From the sequence record PZ445416.1: a DNA stretch of 50,192 nt. The stretch is one strand, 5' to 3'. The notes under the pieces are model-generated. The model had not been told where the DNA came from and searched no databases. It saw only the letters and a list, made by a program, of their open reading frames with translations. Below, in pieces: positions 1 to 9,926 of the stretch; within the stretch, counting starts at the first letter, position 1, and every line of letters starts with the position of its first letter. Origin of the DNA: a phage. The position numbers were made by a program, and so were the translations under genes.

Positions 1-1584
1 ATGGGGGACTTAATCATGATTCAATGGGAAGATCTTAACGCAACGCAGAAGTTAGCGATCAAGAAAATGAGTGAGGCTAATTTCGAAAAAATGATTCGGA
101 TCTGGTTCCAGCTTATGCAGGCGCAGCAGTTCCAGCCTAACTGGCATCACCTTTACCTATGTCACGAAGTGGAGGAAATTATTGCAGGGCGACGAGGGAA
201 TACAATCTTTAACGTCACGCCAGGTTCCGGTAAAACTGAAGTGTTCTCAATTCACCTTCCGGTGTACGCAATGCTCAAGTGTAAAAAGGTGCGAAACCTT
301 AACGTGTCGTTTGCCGACAGTTTGGTTAAGCGTAACAGTAAGCGTGTCCGTGAGATTATCAGCAGCAACGAATTTCAAGAGCTATGGCCTTGCAAGTTCG
401 GCACATCGAAAGACGAGGAGATGCAGGTTCTTAACGAAGATGGAAAGGTTTGGTTTGAGTTGATATCCGCAGCGGCTGGAGGTCGTATTACAGGTTCGCG
501 TGGTGGCTACATGACGCCGGGATTCTCCGGGATGGTAATGCTAGACGATATCGACAAGCCTGATGATATGTTCTCAAAGGTTAAGCGTGAGCGTACGCAC
601 ATGCTATTAAAAAACACCATCCGATCCCGTCGTATGCACAACGAGACGCCGATTATCGCAATCCAGCAGCGACTGCACGCGCAGGATTCAACCTGGTTTA
701 TGATGAATGGCGGTATGGGTATTGAGTTTGACCAGATTTCTATCCCGGCGCTGGTGACTGAAGAATACGGAAAGACGCTTCCTGACTGGTTACAACCTTA
801 CTTCGAGCGCGACGTTTTATCGTCTGAGTATGTCGAACTTGATGGCGTCAAGCATTACTCGTTCTGGCCCAGCAAGGAAAGTGTACATGACCTGTTAGCG
901 CTTCGCGAAGCTGATCAGTACACCTTTGACTCTCAGTATCAGCAGAAGCCGATCGCGCTTGGTGGCTCCGTGTTTAACTCGGAATGGTGGACTTATTACG
1001 GCAGCAGCCTTGACGCTGACGAACCAGATCCGGGTAAGTACGACTACCGTTTCATCACTGCCGATACCGCTCAGAAGACAGGCGAGCTAAACGACTACAC
1101 AGTCTTTTGCTTGTGGGGTAAGAAGAACGATAAGGTTTACTTTATTGACGGCATTCGCGGTAAGTGGGAAGCGCCGGATATGGAGAAACAATTTACCGCC
1201 TTAGTTAATCAGGCATGGAGACACAATAAATCAATGGGCGTGCTTCGAAAAATATACGTGGAAGACAAAGCAAGCGGTACGGGCTTGATTCAGAACTTAA
1301 GGAAAAAGACCCCTATCTCAATTACACCATTGCAACGTAACAAAGATAAAGTTACCCGCGCGATGGATGCTCAGCCAGTCATTAAGGCTGGTCGCGTGGT
1401 TCTTCCAGAAGAGCACCCTATGCTTGCGGAAATCATCGCAGAACATAGCGCCTTCACTTACGATGACACCCATCCGCATGATGATATCGTCGATAACTTC
1501 ATGGATGCGGCGAATATCGAATTATTGACAATTGATGATCCTATCGAGAGAATGAAGCGACTCGCCGGGATGGTTAAGCGGTAA
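1..1584 (+). CDS. terminase large subunit
   Basis: 527-aa ORF with P-loop-like GSGKTEV near the N-terminus and acidic nuclease-type C-terminal half; sits directly upstream of portal. True start may be the ATG at 16 (MIQWEDL), preceded by GGGGGA. Confidence 0.9.
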   Translation: MGDLIMIQWEDLNATQKLAIKKMSEANFEKMIRIWFQLMQAQQFQPNWHHLYLCHEVEEIIAGRRGNTIFNVTPGSGKTEVFSIHLPVYAMLKCKKVRNLNVSFADSLVKRNSKRVREIISSNEFQELWPCKFGTSKDEEMQVLNEDGKVWFELISAAAGGRITGSRGGYMTPGFSGMVMLDDIDKPDDMFSKVKRERTHMLLKNTIRSRRMHNETPIIAIQQRLHAQDSTWFMMNGGMGIEFDQISIPALVTEEYGKTLPDWLQPYFERDVLSSEYVELDGVKHYSFWPSKESVHDLLALREADQYTFDSQYQQKPIALGGSVFNSEWWTYYGSSLDADEPDPGKYDYRFITADTAQKTGELNDYTVFCLWGKKNDKVYFIDGIRGKWEAPDMEKQFTALVNQAWRHNKSMGVLRKIYVEDKASGTGLIQNLRKKTPISITPLQRNKDKVTRAMDAQPVIKAGRVVLPEEHPMLAEIIAEHSAFTYDDTHPHDDIVDNFMDAANIELLTIDDPIERMKRLAGMVKR

Positions 1585-1601
1585 TAAATGAGATATAATT
1601 A

Positions 1602-1627
1602 GGGCTGTCAATTGACGGCCTTTTTTA
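1602..1627 (+). terminator. hairpin plus T-tract between TerL and portal
   Basis: GGGCTGTCAATTGACGGCC hairpin with one wobble, followed by TTTTTTATT. Confidence 0.4.
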
Positions 1628-1638
1628 TTGGAGGAAAC

Positions 1639-2922
1639 ATGAAAATTGTTAAGCATGATGGATATAACGATATCTTTAACGGCGGCGCGGACGGATCGCC
1701 TAAGCCATTCTTTATGGTTGATGCGTCATATAACGTCGGCTCATTCTATAACGACAACGCGACAGCGAAAAGAATTGTCGACGTGATCCCTGAAGAGATG
1801 GTTACGGCTGGTTTTAAAATATCAGGAGTCAAGGATGAAAAGGAGTTCAAATCTCTGTGGGATAGTTACAAAATTGATCCTAGCTTGGTTGATGTTCTTT
1901 GCTGGGCGCGCCTATACGGTGGAGCGGCTATTGTAGCGATCATTAACGACAACAGAATGCTAACCAGTCCAGTTAAACCTGGAGCTAAACTTGAAGGTGT
2001 GCGTGTTTATGATAGATTCGCAATTACAATCGAAAAAAGAGTAACCAATGCTCGATCGCCTCGCTATGGTGAACCTGAGATCTATAAGGTGTCTCCTGGT
2101 GACAATATTCAACCTTACTTAATCCACCACACAAGAATTTTTATTGCTGATGGTGAACGAGTAACACCTCAGACTAGAAAACAGAATCAAGGGTGGGGCG
2201 CTTCAGTTTTGAATAAGTCACTAATTGATGCGATCTGCGACTACGACTATTGCGAATCTCTAGCGACTCAGATCCTGAGGCGTAAGCAGCAGGCGGTATG
2301 GAAAGTCAAAGGTCTTGCTGAGATGTGTGATGATGATGATGCTCAGTATGCAGCGCGTTTGAGGCTGGCTCAGGTTGACGATAATTCAGGCGTAGGCCGT
2401 GCTATCGGTATCGATGCTGAGACGGAAGAATACGACGTTCTCAACTCTGATATCAGCGGAGTTCCTGAGTTCTTATCAAGCAAGATGGACCGCATCGTCT
2501 CCCTATCCGGTATCCATGAGATTATCATCAAGAATAAGAACGTAGGCGGCGTATCAGCGAGCCAAAACACAGCGCTTGAGACTTTCTATAAGCTAGTCGA
2601 TCGCAAGCGAGAGGAAGATTACAGGCCGCTTCTTGAGTTCTTGTTGCCGTTCATTGTTGACGAAGAAGAGTGGTCCATCGAGTTTGAGCCGCTGTCGGTC
2701 CCGAGCAAGAAAGAAGAATCCGAGATCACGAAGAACAACATTGAGTCGGTAACGAAAGCTATCACCGAGCAAATCATCGATCTGGAAGAAGCTCGCGACA
2801 CGTTGCGATCCATTGCGCCTGAGTTCAAACTCAAGGATGGTAATAACATCAACATTCGCGAACCGGAAGAAACAACAGAGCCGGAGCCGGGATTAGGGGA
2901 GAAGTTAGAAGATGAAGATTAA
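1639..2922 (+). CDS. portal protein
   Basis: About 427 aa, immediately after TerL; start moved to the ATG at 1639, which follows GGAGGAAAC. Size, position and acidic C-terminus are typical of siphovirus portals. Confidence 0.8.
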   Translation: MKIVKHDGYNDIFNGGADGSPKPFFMVDASYNVGSFYNDNATAKRIVDVIPEEMVTAGFKISGVKDEKEFKSLWDSYKIDPSLVDVLCWARLYGGAAIVAIINDNRMLTSPVKPGAKLEGVRVYDRFAITIEKRVTNARSPRYGEPEIYKVSPGDNIQPYLIHHTRIFIADGERVTPQTRKQNQGWGASVLNKSLIDAICDYDYCESLATQILRRKQQAVWKVKGLAEMCDDDDAQYAARLRLAQVDDNSGVGRAIGIDAETEEYDVLNSDISGVPEFLSSKMDRIVSLSGIHEIIIKNKNVGGVSASQNTALETFYKLVDRKREEDYRPLLEFLLPFIVDEEEWSIEFEPLSVPSKKEESEITKNNIESVTKAITEQIIDLEEARDTLRSIAPEFKLKDGNNINIREPEETTEPEPGLGEKLEDED

Positions 2923-3673
2923 TGGCGTTGCTACTCAGTGGCGCTATCCTGAAATGAGTGAGCGCGAAATGTCGCGCTCCTTACAGGATGTTGCAGCCAG
3001 ACTAACAGAAAGAATGCGTGACGAATTAAAGCCGATGAAATTTGACGCTACCGACGAAGAGATAGACCAAGCGGAAAGGTCATTGCTTGATTACGTCGAA
3101 TCTCTAATCGCGCCGATTATCGGATCTCTATCATCCGTCGCGCTAACTATCTATAAATTCAACTCTAAGCAGTGGTTGCGAATAGCTCGGAATGCTGGAG
3201 GTAAGAAGAATCAAGCCGTAATGCTACTTGCCCTGATTGGTCCTACCGCTGCCGAAAACTGGTACTCAGGACAATATAATCTGTGGCGATCGCAGGTGAC
3301 TACTTCTATCAGGAAATTTGCCGCCAACATGGTTACTGATTTCACTGATAAACTTCGTGCGGCATCCGGTCAGGGTAAAAGCAAGGATTTTGTTGTTGAA
3401 CTTGCTAAGGAGAGGTTTGGTATTTACCGGAATTGGGCCAAAAACAGAGCGTCGGGGATTGTCGGAACCTGGAACAGTAGACTGATGCGGCAGCGCATAA
3501 AAGACGCTGGTGTATCTTACTATTTCTGGCGCGGGGTGATGGATTTACGCGAACGTGAAAAACATGTAAGATGGGAAGGTAAGCGCATAGCGGTAGATTC
3601 CGATCACGTATTCCCGGGTGAAGAATACAACTGCCGCTGTTGGGCTGTTCCAGACTTTTCTACAGGAGATTAA
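2912..3673 (+). CDS. minor head protein (Mu F-like head morphogenesis)
   Basis: 253 aa; C-terminal motif HVFPGEEYNCRCW resembles the conserved Mu F / SPP1 gp7 signature; lies between portal and scaffold. Confidence 0.75.
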   Translation: MKINGVATQWRYPEMSEREMSRSLQDVAARLTERMRDELKPMKFDATDEEIDQAERSLLDYVESLIAPIIGSLSSVALTIYKFNSKQWLRIARNAGGKKNQAVMLLALIGPTAAENWYSGQYNLWRSQVTTSIRKFAANMVTDFTDKLRAASGQGKSKDFVVELAKERFGIYRNWAKNRASGIVGTWNSRLMRQRIKDAGVSYYFWRGVMDLREREKHVRWEGKRIAVDSDHVFPGEEYNCRCWAVPDFSTGD

Positions 3674-3675
3674 AA

Positions 3676-4788
3676 ATGAAGGCAAAGCAAAGATTCGATT
3701 CAGTAAAAATCAAGGCTCACTTTGATGATAACGGTTTTTTAGTTGACCGCCCAATCGTGGCGCGAATCGGCGCTCAGGTTTACAAAACGCCGCACGGCGA
3801 TCGAGTTGAGTTCCGTCCGGCATCCGAAGTTTTCAAGCAAGATTCCTTGCAAAGTTTTGCAGGCAAGCCGATCACAGTCGGTCACGTAACGGTGACACCC
3901 CAAAATGCTAAGGACGTTGTTGTCGGATCGTGTGCTGGCGCTGGTATTGCTTCAGGGGTTGGCGTTGAAGTTCCTTTGAGTATTTACAGCGACTACGCGA
4001 TCAGCAAAGCTAAAGCGAAGGAGGCCGGGGAATTATCTGTAGGGTATACGTCGGTAGATATTGATAAGCCAGGCTGGGGTTCAAATGAGACTGGAGAATA
4101 TATCTTCGAAGAGGATATGAAACAGGACGAAGCGCCGCCTGAAGGTTGGGTGAAATTCGACGCGGTACAGACTAATATCAAGGTCAACCATATTGCCCTA
4201 GTTTTTAAAGGTCGTGCGGGAATTGCTAAATTAAATCTTGATGCCGAACAGGAGTTCCCGTATGATAATAACGTTCAATTAACTAACGAGGACAAGCAAA
4301 TGAAAAAAATTAAGATCGACTCAGTTGATGTGGAAGTAACCGAAGACGTTGCGAACCATATCGAAAAATTAACCGCGCAGATTGCCACCATTCAGGGGAA
4401 AGCTGATGGCTTCGAAGCTGAGCGCGATGCGCTGAAGGTTAAGGTTGACTCTCTGCCGGAACTTGTGAAGGCCGAGGTAGAGAAGCAAAAAGCCGATGCC
4501 GCCGCACGCGCAGAAGTTACCGCAGTAGCAGAAACCGCAGGCGTCAAACATGATGGTCTTGATATCAAAGACGTCAAGATTGCCGTAGTTAAAGCCATGC
4601 TTGATAAAGATGTTAGTGAAAAATCAGACGCATATATCGACGCTATGTTTGATGTTGCTAAAGATTCTGATATCATGGCTATTCAGCGTAAAGCAGTAAA
4701 AGGCGACTCTATCGAAGGCGGTAAGCCGGAAGAGAAAAACGACGCCGCGCCTGTTACGCCAAATTCACGTTTAAGCAAAGTAATGTAA
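3676..4788 (+). CDS. putative scaffolding / prohead protein
   Basis: Start at MKAKQRF after GGAG; C-terminal half is Lys/Glu/Ala-rich and coiled-coil-like (KAEVEKQKADAAARAEVTAVAE); position before capsid genes. Confidence 0.55.
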   Translation: MKAKQRFDSVKIKAHFDDNGFLVDRPIVARIGAQVYKTPHGDRVEFRPASEVFKQDSLQSFAGKPITVGHVTVTPQNAKDVVVGSCAGAGIASGVGVEVPLSIYSDYAISKAKAKEAGELSVGYTSVDIDKPGWGSNETGEYIFEEDMKQDEAPPEGWVKFDAVQTNIKVNHIALVFKGRAGIAKLNLDAEQEFPYDNNVQLTNEDKQMKKIKIDSVDVEVTEDVANHIEKLTAQIATIQGKADGFEAERDALKVKVDSLPELVKAEVEKQKADAAARAEVTAVAETAGVKHDGLDIKDVKIAVVKAMLDKDVSEKSDAYIDAMFDVAKDSDIMAIQRKAVKGDSIEGGKPEEKNDAAPVTPNSRLSKVM

Positions 4789-4799
4789 GGGGAAATATC

Positions 4800-5276
4800 A
4801 TGGCACAAATTAATGCATCTTATCAGCGAGATATGGCGATTGCGCTTCCGGGTATGGTTGCGGATACTTCAAAGTACAATATTGACGGCGCTTGTGTCGT
4901 TAATGAAGGTGATGTTCTTGTTGGCGCTGCCGTACAGGTCGTTCAAGCTCAGGCGGTTGATGGTCATAAGTTGGTTAAGGCTCTTACTACCGGAACCACT
5001 CCTTACGGCGTGGCAATCCGATCTCACTGGCAGACTGTTAACGCTCAAAATCAGATGGTTTACGAAGATGGCGGCGCTATCAACGTGATGACTTCAGGCC
5101 GAGTATGGATGCTTTCCAAATCCACCGAAGCACCAACTTTCGGCTCTGCCGTTAAACTTGATGTTGATGGTCAGGAAAAATCTGATGGCACGATCGAAAC
5201 AACCTGGACCTACGCTGGCGGTTGGACTAAATACAAAGATATTCAGCTTGTTGAGGTTCAGTTGCATCAACTGTAA
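4800..5276 (+). CDS. capsid-associated protein, paralog A (decoration-like)
   Basis: 158 aa; shares the motifs YNIDGACV, GAAVQVV and GTTPYG with the downstream ORF. Confidence 0.5.
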   Translation: MAQINASYQRDMAIALPGMVADTSKYNIDGACVVNEGDVLVGAAVQVVQAQAVDGHKLVKALTTGTTPYGVAIRSHWQTVNAQNQMVYEDGGAINVMTSGRVWMLSKSTEAPTFGSAVKLDVDGQEKSDGTIETTWTYAGGWTKYKDIQLVEVQLHQL

Positions 5277-5292
5277 TTAGCGTTTAATATGG

Positions 5293-5324
5293 GGACTATC
5301 CTTTTTTGGATAGTCCTTTTTTTA
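5293..5324 (+). terminator. rho-independent terminator
   Basis: GGACTATCC, loop TTTTTT, GGATAGTCC, then TTTTTTT. Confidence 0.7.
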
Positions 5325-5337
5325 TGGAGAAATCATT

Positions 5338-6105
5338 ATGGCTTACGAAAATTTAATGTTGCGCCCGGCGTGTCCGGGAAATCTTTCTGATACTTCAACC
5401 TACAATATTGATGGCGCTTGCGTGGCTCAAGGTGACATTGAGTTCGGCGCGGCGGTTCAGGTTGTCGGCATCGTTGATGGTGTAAAAGTCGTCAAAGTAC
5501 TTTCTGATGGCGGGACTCCTTACGGTATCGCTTTCCGTTCTCAATATGAACACCTGAGCGGTAAAATTCTCGACGGCGAAGTTTGCAACGTCGTTTCTCA
5601 CGGTCGCATGTGGGCGCTTACTTCTCTTGATGAGGCTCCCGGCTTGTTCTCAAAGTTGCAGTTTGGATCTGGTGGAGTTGTTACTGGTGGGTCTGGTTCC
5701 GCAGGATGGACCTTTGCTGGCGGCTTTGTTAAGCACGAAGACGGGCACATTATTGAGGTTCAGGTGAAACAAAATGCTTTCATCGTTCCACCGCCGCCGC
5801 CCCCTGTTGTTCTTGTTGAGTCCGCTACAATCACCACTGACAAGGAAAGTCCTCAACCAAACAATGTTACGATCCAGTGTGTAGCTAATGCTCTTCCGGC
5901 TAATGCAACCGATAAGACTGGTAAATGGTCAATCGACGCTACCAATATCGCCACTGTCGATCCGGACTCAGGTCTTGTAACTCCCGTTGGTGGAGAGGTA
6001 GTCGGTGATTTCAATATTACCTGGACGGCTAACGATGCCAGCAAGACGACGGCAACCATTGCTTATCGCGTAGAAGCAGTGCCAACGCCAGAGGTTGATG
6101 CATAA
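5338..6105 (+). CDS. capsid-associated protein, paralog B with C-terminal Ig-like extension
   Basis: 255 aa; N-terminal 150 aa paralogous to 4800-5276, then a PPPPPP linker and a beta-rich domain resembling bacterial Ig-like (Big_2) folds. Confidence 0.5.
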   Translation: MAYENLMLRPACPGNLSDTSTYNIDGACVAQGDIEFGAAVQVVGIVDGVKVVKVLSDGGTPYGIAFRSQYEHLSGKILDGEVCNVVSHGRMWALTSLDEAPGLFSKLQFGSGGVVTGGSGSAGWTFAGGFVKHEDGHIIEVQVKQNAFIVPPPPPPVVLVESATITTDKESPQPNNVTIQCVANALPANATDKTGKWSIDATNIATVDPDSGLVTPVGGEVVGDFNITWTANDASKTTATIAYRVEAVPTPEVDA

Positions 6106-6126
6106 CATAAAAACACTTTGACGCTT

Positions 6127-6141
6127 TAACAAAAAGTGCTA
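6127..6141 (-). promoter_or_regulatory. isolated Box-A site (reverse orientation) before major capsid gene
   Basis: Minus strand TAGCACTTTTTGTTA between paralog B stop and terminator 6150-6177; no -10 at the cassette position. Confidence 0.45.
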
Positions 6142-6149
6142 TTATTGAA

Positions 6150-6177
6150 GCCGTGAACATAATCACGGCTTTTTTAT
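6150..6177 (+). terminator. rho-independent terminator
   Basis: GCCGTGA, loop ACATAA, TCACGGC, then TTTTTTATT. Confidence 0.7.
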
Positions 6178-6196
6178 TAACTACGGAGAAGTAATC

Positions 6197-7156
6197 ATGA
6201 CTACTAAAAAATTTGATGAAGCAGATAAAAGCAATGTTGAAATGTATCTGATCCAGGCTGGCGTAAAACAGGATGCAGCCGCAACGATGGGTATCTGGAC
6301 CGCTCAGGAACTACACCGCATCAAAAGCCAGTCCTATGAAGAAGACTACCCGGTAGGATCAGCTTTACGCGTATTCCCGGTTACAACCGATCTTTCTCCG
6401 ACTGATAAGACGTTTGAATACATGACCTTTGATAAGGTTGGTACTGCTCAGATTATCGCAGACTACACCGACGATCTTCCGCTGGTTGATGCCCTGGGTA
6501 CTTCTGAATTTGGCAAGGTGTTCCGTCTTGGTAACGCGTACCTGATCTCAATCGACGAAATCAAAGCGGGTCAGGCAACTGGTCGACCGTTATCGAACCG
6601 TAAGGCAAATGCGTGCCAGTTGGCGCATGATCAGCTTGTTAACCGCCTGGTGTTCAAAGGTTCCGCGCCGCACAAGATTGTGTCCGTGTTCAACCATCCG
6701 AACATCACCAAAATTACCTCTGGTAAATGGATTGATGTATCGACCATGAAGCCGGAAACTGCGGAAGCTGAGTTAACTCAGGCGATCGAAACCATCGAGA
6801 CGATTACTCGTGGTCAGCACCGCGCAACCAACATCCTGATCCCGCCTTCCATGCGTAAGGTTTTGGCGATTCGTATGCCTGAGACAACCATGTCTTACCT
6901 GGACTATTTTAAGTCTCAGAACTCCGGTATCGAAATCGACTCTATCGCAGAACTTGAGGATATTGACGGAGCAGGAACCAAAGGCGTACTGGTGTATGAA
7001 AAGAATCCGATGAACATGTCCATCGAGATCCCGGAAGCATTTAACATGCTGCCAGCACAACCGAAAGACTTGCACTTTAAAGTGCCTTGCACCTCTAAGT
7101 GTACTGGTCTTACAATTTATCGCCCGATGACTATTGTCTTAATCACTGGCGTGTAA
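6197..7156 (+). CDS. major capsid protein
   Basis: 319 aa, strong RBS, flanked by rho-independent terminators on both sides (high-expression unit), position after scaffold and decoration genes. Confidence 0.7.
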   Translation: MTTKKFDEADKSNVEMYLIQAGVKQDAAATMGIWTAQELHRIKSQSYEEDYPVGSALRVFPVTTDLSPTDKTFEYMTFDKVGTAQIIADYTDDLPLVDALGTSEFGKVFRLGNAYLISIDEIKAGQATGRPLSNRKANACQLAHDQLVNRLVFKGSAPHKIVSVFNHPNITKITSGKWIDVSTMKPETAEAELTQAIETIETITRGQHRATNILIPPSMRKVLAIRMPETTMSYLDYFKSQNSGIEIDSIAELEDIDGAGTKGVLVYEKNPMNMSIEIPEAFNMLPAQPKDLHFKVPCTSKCTGLTIYRPMTIVLITGV

Positions 7157-7163
7157 TATTATA

Positions 7164-7192
7164 GGGGCTAACTTAGTTAGTCCCTTTTTTAT
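7164..7192 (+). terminator. rho-independent terminator after major capsid gene
   Basis: GGGGCTAAC...GTTAGTCCC hairpin with one G-U wobble, then CTTTTTTATT. Confidence 0.6.
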
Positions 7193-7205
7193 TGGAGAAA
7201 TCAAA

Positions 7206-7493
7206 ATGGCTAAAGAAAAAACTGTTGTTATCGTAAACGTTGGTGTAGCTCTTCAGATGTTCCGTCTTGAAGATGGTTCCTTTGCTAAAGTTCTTCCAGA
7301 TGAAGAGGTCACGCTTCCGGCGTCCGTTCTTGATTTGCCTGGCCTGCGTTGCTTAATTGCTCGCGAAGAAATCGAAGTTAAAGACGACAGTGCAACCAAC
7401 CGCAAAATCCGCGCTGAAATGGCAAAGATCACTAAGCCAGATCCGTGGGATAGCAAAAGCGTTAAAGAGCTTGAGGACGGCGGCGAATATTAA
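7206..7493 (+). CDS. hypothetical head-associated protein
   Basis: 95 aa, RBS GGAGAAA, own terminator at 7501-7525. Confidence 0.5.
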   Translation: MAKEKTVVIVNVGVALQMFRLEDGSFAKVLPDEEVTLPASVLDLPGLRCLIAREEIEVKDDSATNRKIRAEMAKITKPDPWDSKSVKELEDGGEY

Positions 7494-7500
7494 TCATCAA

Positions 7501-7525
7501 GGCGCTCATGTAGCGCCTTTTTTTA
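7501..7525 (+). terminator. rho-independent terminator
   Basis: GGCGCTCATGTAGCGCC hairpin then TTTTTTT. Confidence 0.75.
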
Positions 7526-7537
7526 TGGGGGTAAATC

Positions 7538-7948
7538 ATGAATCAAGAAGCTTTAATTGCAGTTGTTGAGCAAATGCGAAAGCTGGTTCCGGCACTTCGT
7601 AAGGCTCCAGACGAAACGCTTTATGCGTGGGTAGAAATGGCTGAGCTATTTGTATGCCAGAAGACCTTTAAAGATGCATACGTCAAGGCGCTTGCTCTTT
7701 ATGCATTGCACCTTGCTTTCCTTGATGGGGCGCTAAAAGGTGAAGATGAGGATCTTGAATCGTACTCACGACGCGTTACGTCATTCTCCCTGAGCGGTGA
7801 ATTTAGCCAGACTTTCGGAGAGGTGACGAAGAACCAGTCAGGAAACATGATGCTTTCGACGCCGTGGGGTAAGATGTTCGAACAGCTTAAGGCGCGACGA
7901 CGTGGTCGATTCGCATTAATGACAGGACTCCGTGGAGGATGCCACTAA
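7538..7948 (+). CDS. putative head-tail connector/adaptor
   Basis: 136 aa, located between capsid and tail genes; function assigned by synteny only. Confidence 0.45.
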   Translation: MNQEALIAVVEQMRKLVPALRKAPDETLYAWVEMAELFVCQKTFKDAYVKALALYALHLAFLDGALKGEDEDLESYSRRVTSFSLSGEFSQTFGEVTKNQSGNMMLSTPWGKMFEQLKARRRGRFALMTGLRGGCH

Positions 7949-8319
7949 TGAACTACTCACAGATTGAAAGGATGGCTCGCAAAGGCGTGGCTTTCTTCAC
8001 CGATCCGTCAAGACCTATGAACCTGATAAAACAAGGTGAATACGGATATGATGAAAACGGATTCGAGATCCCACCAATGGAAAAGGTTATTCCAATATCC
8101 GGCGCGACGCGAAGACCGAACGCGCGTGAGATTGACGGGGAAACTATCCGCGCCTCAGATATTTTGGGGATCTTCAATAATGATCATGAAATAAACGAAG
8201 GTGACTATATAGAGATTGATGGCATTCGTCATGTTGTCGTTGATGCTCGCCCGGTTCAGGCGGCACTGAAACCAGTCGCCTATCGTCCAGTATTGCGGAG
8301 GGTATCAGTAGGTGGCTAA
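7939..8319 (+). CDS. putative head-tail joining protein
   Basis: 126 aa, overlaps neighbours by a few nucleotides (translational coupling); assigned by synteny. Confidence 0.45.
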   Translation: MPLMNYSQIERMARKGVAFFTDPSRPMNLIKQGEYGYDENGFEIPPMEKVIPISGATRRPNAREIDGETIRASDILGIFNNDHEINEGDYIEIDGIRHVVVDARPVQAALKPVAYRPVLRRVSVGG

Positions 8320-8755
8320 TTATCAGATTCGTAGATTTCAAGGCGAGATTGATGCGTGGATTAAGGCCGCTGAAAGCACGCTAGAACATGCTATTGAGAT
8401 ATTCGTAAGGGATGTTCACGATGCTCTTGTTAGTCGATCACCTGTCGATACTGGTCGATTTAAGGGTAACTGGCAGATAACTTTTAACGAAATCCCTAAC
8501 CACGCATTAAACCGATACGATAAAACTGGCGGCGTCGTCAGAGGTGAGGAGCAGGCCAAAACTTATGGCATGTTCAGCCGTGGCGGCGCGATAACATCCG
8601 TTCACTTTTCAAACATGTTGATTTATGCAAACGCTCTTGAGTACGGTCATTCACAACAAGCACCGAGCGGCGTTGTCGGCCTTGTAGCATTAAGGCTGAG
8701 ATCATATATGGCTGACGCAATCAAGCAGGCAAGGAGACAGCAAAATGCATTATGA
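8312..8755 (+). CDS. HK97 gp10-like neck/tail completion protein
   Basis: GTG start; contains SPVDTGRFKGNW, which resembles the conserved SP.DTG motif of the HK97 gp10 family. Confidence 0.55.
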   Translation: MANYQIRRFQGEIDAWIKAAESTLEHAIEIFVRDVHDALVSRSPVDTGRFKGNWQITFNEIPNHALNRYDKTGGVVRGEEQAKTYGMFSRGGAITSVHFSNMLIYANALEYGHSQQAPSGVVGLVALRLRSYMADAIKQARRQQNAL

Positions 8756-9143
8756 GTTATCAGCGGCGGCGCGAGCCGCTTTTCTATCAAAGTACAGAGA
8801 CTTTCCTCACTACATGGAAAACAGAAATTTCACACCTCCGAAGGATGGCGGCATATGGCTGAGGTTCAACTACATTGAAGGGGATACGCTTTATCTATCC
8901 ATTGACAGAAAGTGTAAATCTTACATCGCAATCGTTCAGATCGGCGTAGTGTTCCCTCCAGGCTCCGGCGTTGACGAAGCAAGATTGAAAGCAAAAGAGA
9001 TTGCTGATTTTTTCAAAGATGGTAAAATGCTTAACGTTGGTTATATTTTCGAGGGTGCAATCGTGCATCAAATTGTTAAACATGAAAGCGGGTGGATGAT
9101 TCCGGTTCGCTTTACAGTACGAGTAGACACAAAGGAGACTTAA
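8745..9143 (+). CDS. hypothetical tail-associated protein
   Basis: 132 aa, RBS AGGAGA, directly precedes the major tail protein. Confidence 0.45.
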   Translation: MHYELSAAARAAFLSKYRDFPHYMENRNFTPPKDGGIWLRFNYIEGDTLYLSIDRKCKSYIAIVQIGVVFPPGSGVDEARLKAKEIADFFKDGKMLNVGYIFEGAIVHQIVKHESGWMIPVRFTVRVDTKET

Positions 9144-9144
9144 T

Positions 9145-9813
9145 ATGCACTTACCAAATGGCGCGCAAATTTTCGTGGAAACCTCTCGCGGAGAAGAGAT
9201 CGAGGCGACCGCTGTCACTAACGCAAAAAATCCTGTTGCTACAGTTACATCTAAAGGCGACTTAGTAAAAGGCGATTACGTTATTGTAACTCAGTCAACT
9301 TGGGCTAAGATGGCTAGTCGAGTGCTAATTGTTGCTGAGGCTCAGGAAACAAGCATCACTCTTGCTGGAATTGACACCTCTGATACTCTTGTTTTTCCGG
9401 CTGGCGGTACGATGAGCTTTGCAAAAATTACTGGCTGGACTGAGATTCCTTGCGTACAGGAGATTGGTCAGGACGGCGGCGAGCAGCAGTATTACACTTA
9501 TCAGTGTTTGTCCGACGATAAAGAGCAGCAGATCCCAACGTTTAAATCTGCGGTATCGCTAACGTACACTTTCGCGCACGAATTTGATAACCCGATCTAC
9601 CCGATTCTGCGCAAGCTGGATTCGTCTGGCCAGGTAACAGCGGTTCGAATGTACGTGCCGAAAGCGAGCGAAATGCGTATGTGGGCTGGCATCTTGTCGT
9701 TTAACGATATCCCATCCACGCAGGTTAACGAAATGGAAACGGTGGAACTCGCCGTATCCCTGAAAGGTGACTTTACTTTCATTTCCTCCACTCTGGCATC
9801 GCCTGGTGCTTAA
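9145..9813 (+). CDS. major tail protein
   Basis: 222 aa, RBS AAGGAGA, followed by a terminator and then the chaperone/tape-measure block. Confidence 0.6.
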   Translation: MHLPNGAQIFVETSRGEEIEATAVTNAKNPVATVTSKGDLVKGDYVIVTQSTWAKMASRVLIVAEAQETSITLAGIDTSDTLVFPAGGTMSFAKITGWTEIPCVQEIGQDGGEQQYYTYQCLSDDKEQQIPTFKSAVSLTYTFAHEFDNPIYPILRKLDSSGQVTAVRMYVPKASEMRMWAGILSFNDIPSTQVNEMETVELAVSLKGDFTFISSTLASPGA

Positions 9814-9825
9814 ATACCATCCATA

Positions 9826-9850
9826 GGGGGCTTGCGCCCCCTTATTCATT
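9826..9850 (+). terminator. terminator-like hairpin after major tail gene
   Basis: GGGGGCTTGCGCCCCC hairpin followed by a weak T-rich run (TTATTCATTTC). Confidence 0.5.
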
Positions 9851-9889
9851 TCTGTAAAATCATCTTATCAACTTTATTCGATTAACTTT

Positions 9890-9904
9890 TAACAAAAAGT
9901 GCCA
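9890..9904 (-). promoter_or_regulatory. isolated Box-A-like site (reverse orientation) before tail chaperone gene
   Basis: Minus strand TGGCACTTTTTGTTA (one arm mismatch) immediately before the CCAATCAGGAG leader of the chaperone gene. Confidence 0.4.
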
Positions 9905-9926
9905 TCAACCAATCAGGAGAAACATC

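Noticed and set aside
182-463. ORF overlapping TerL in another frame
   Set aside because: Embedded in the terminase gene, Cys/Arg-rich translation typical of an off-frame read, no RBS.
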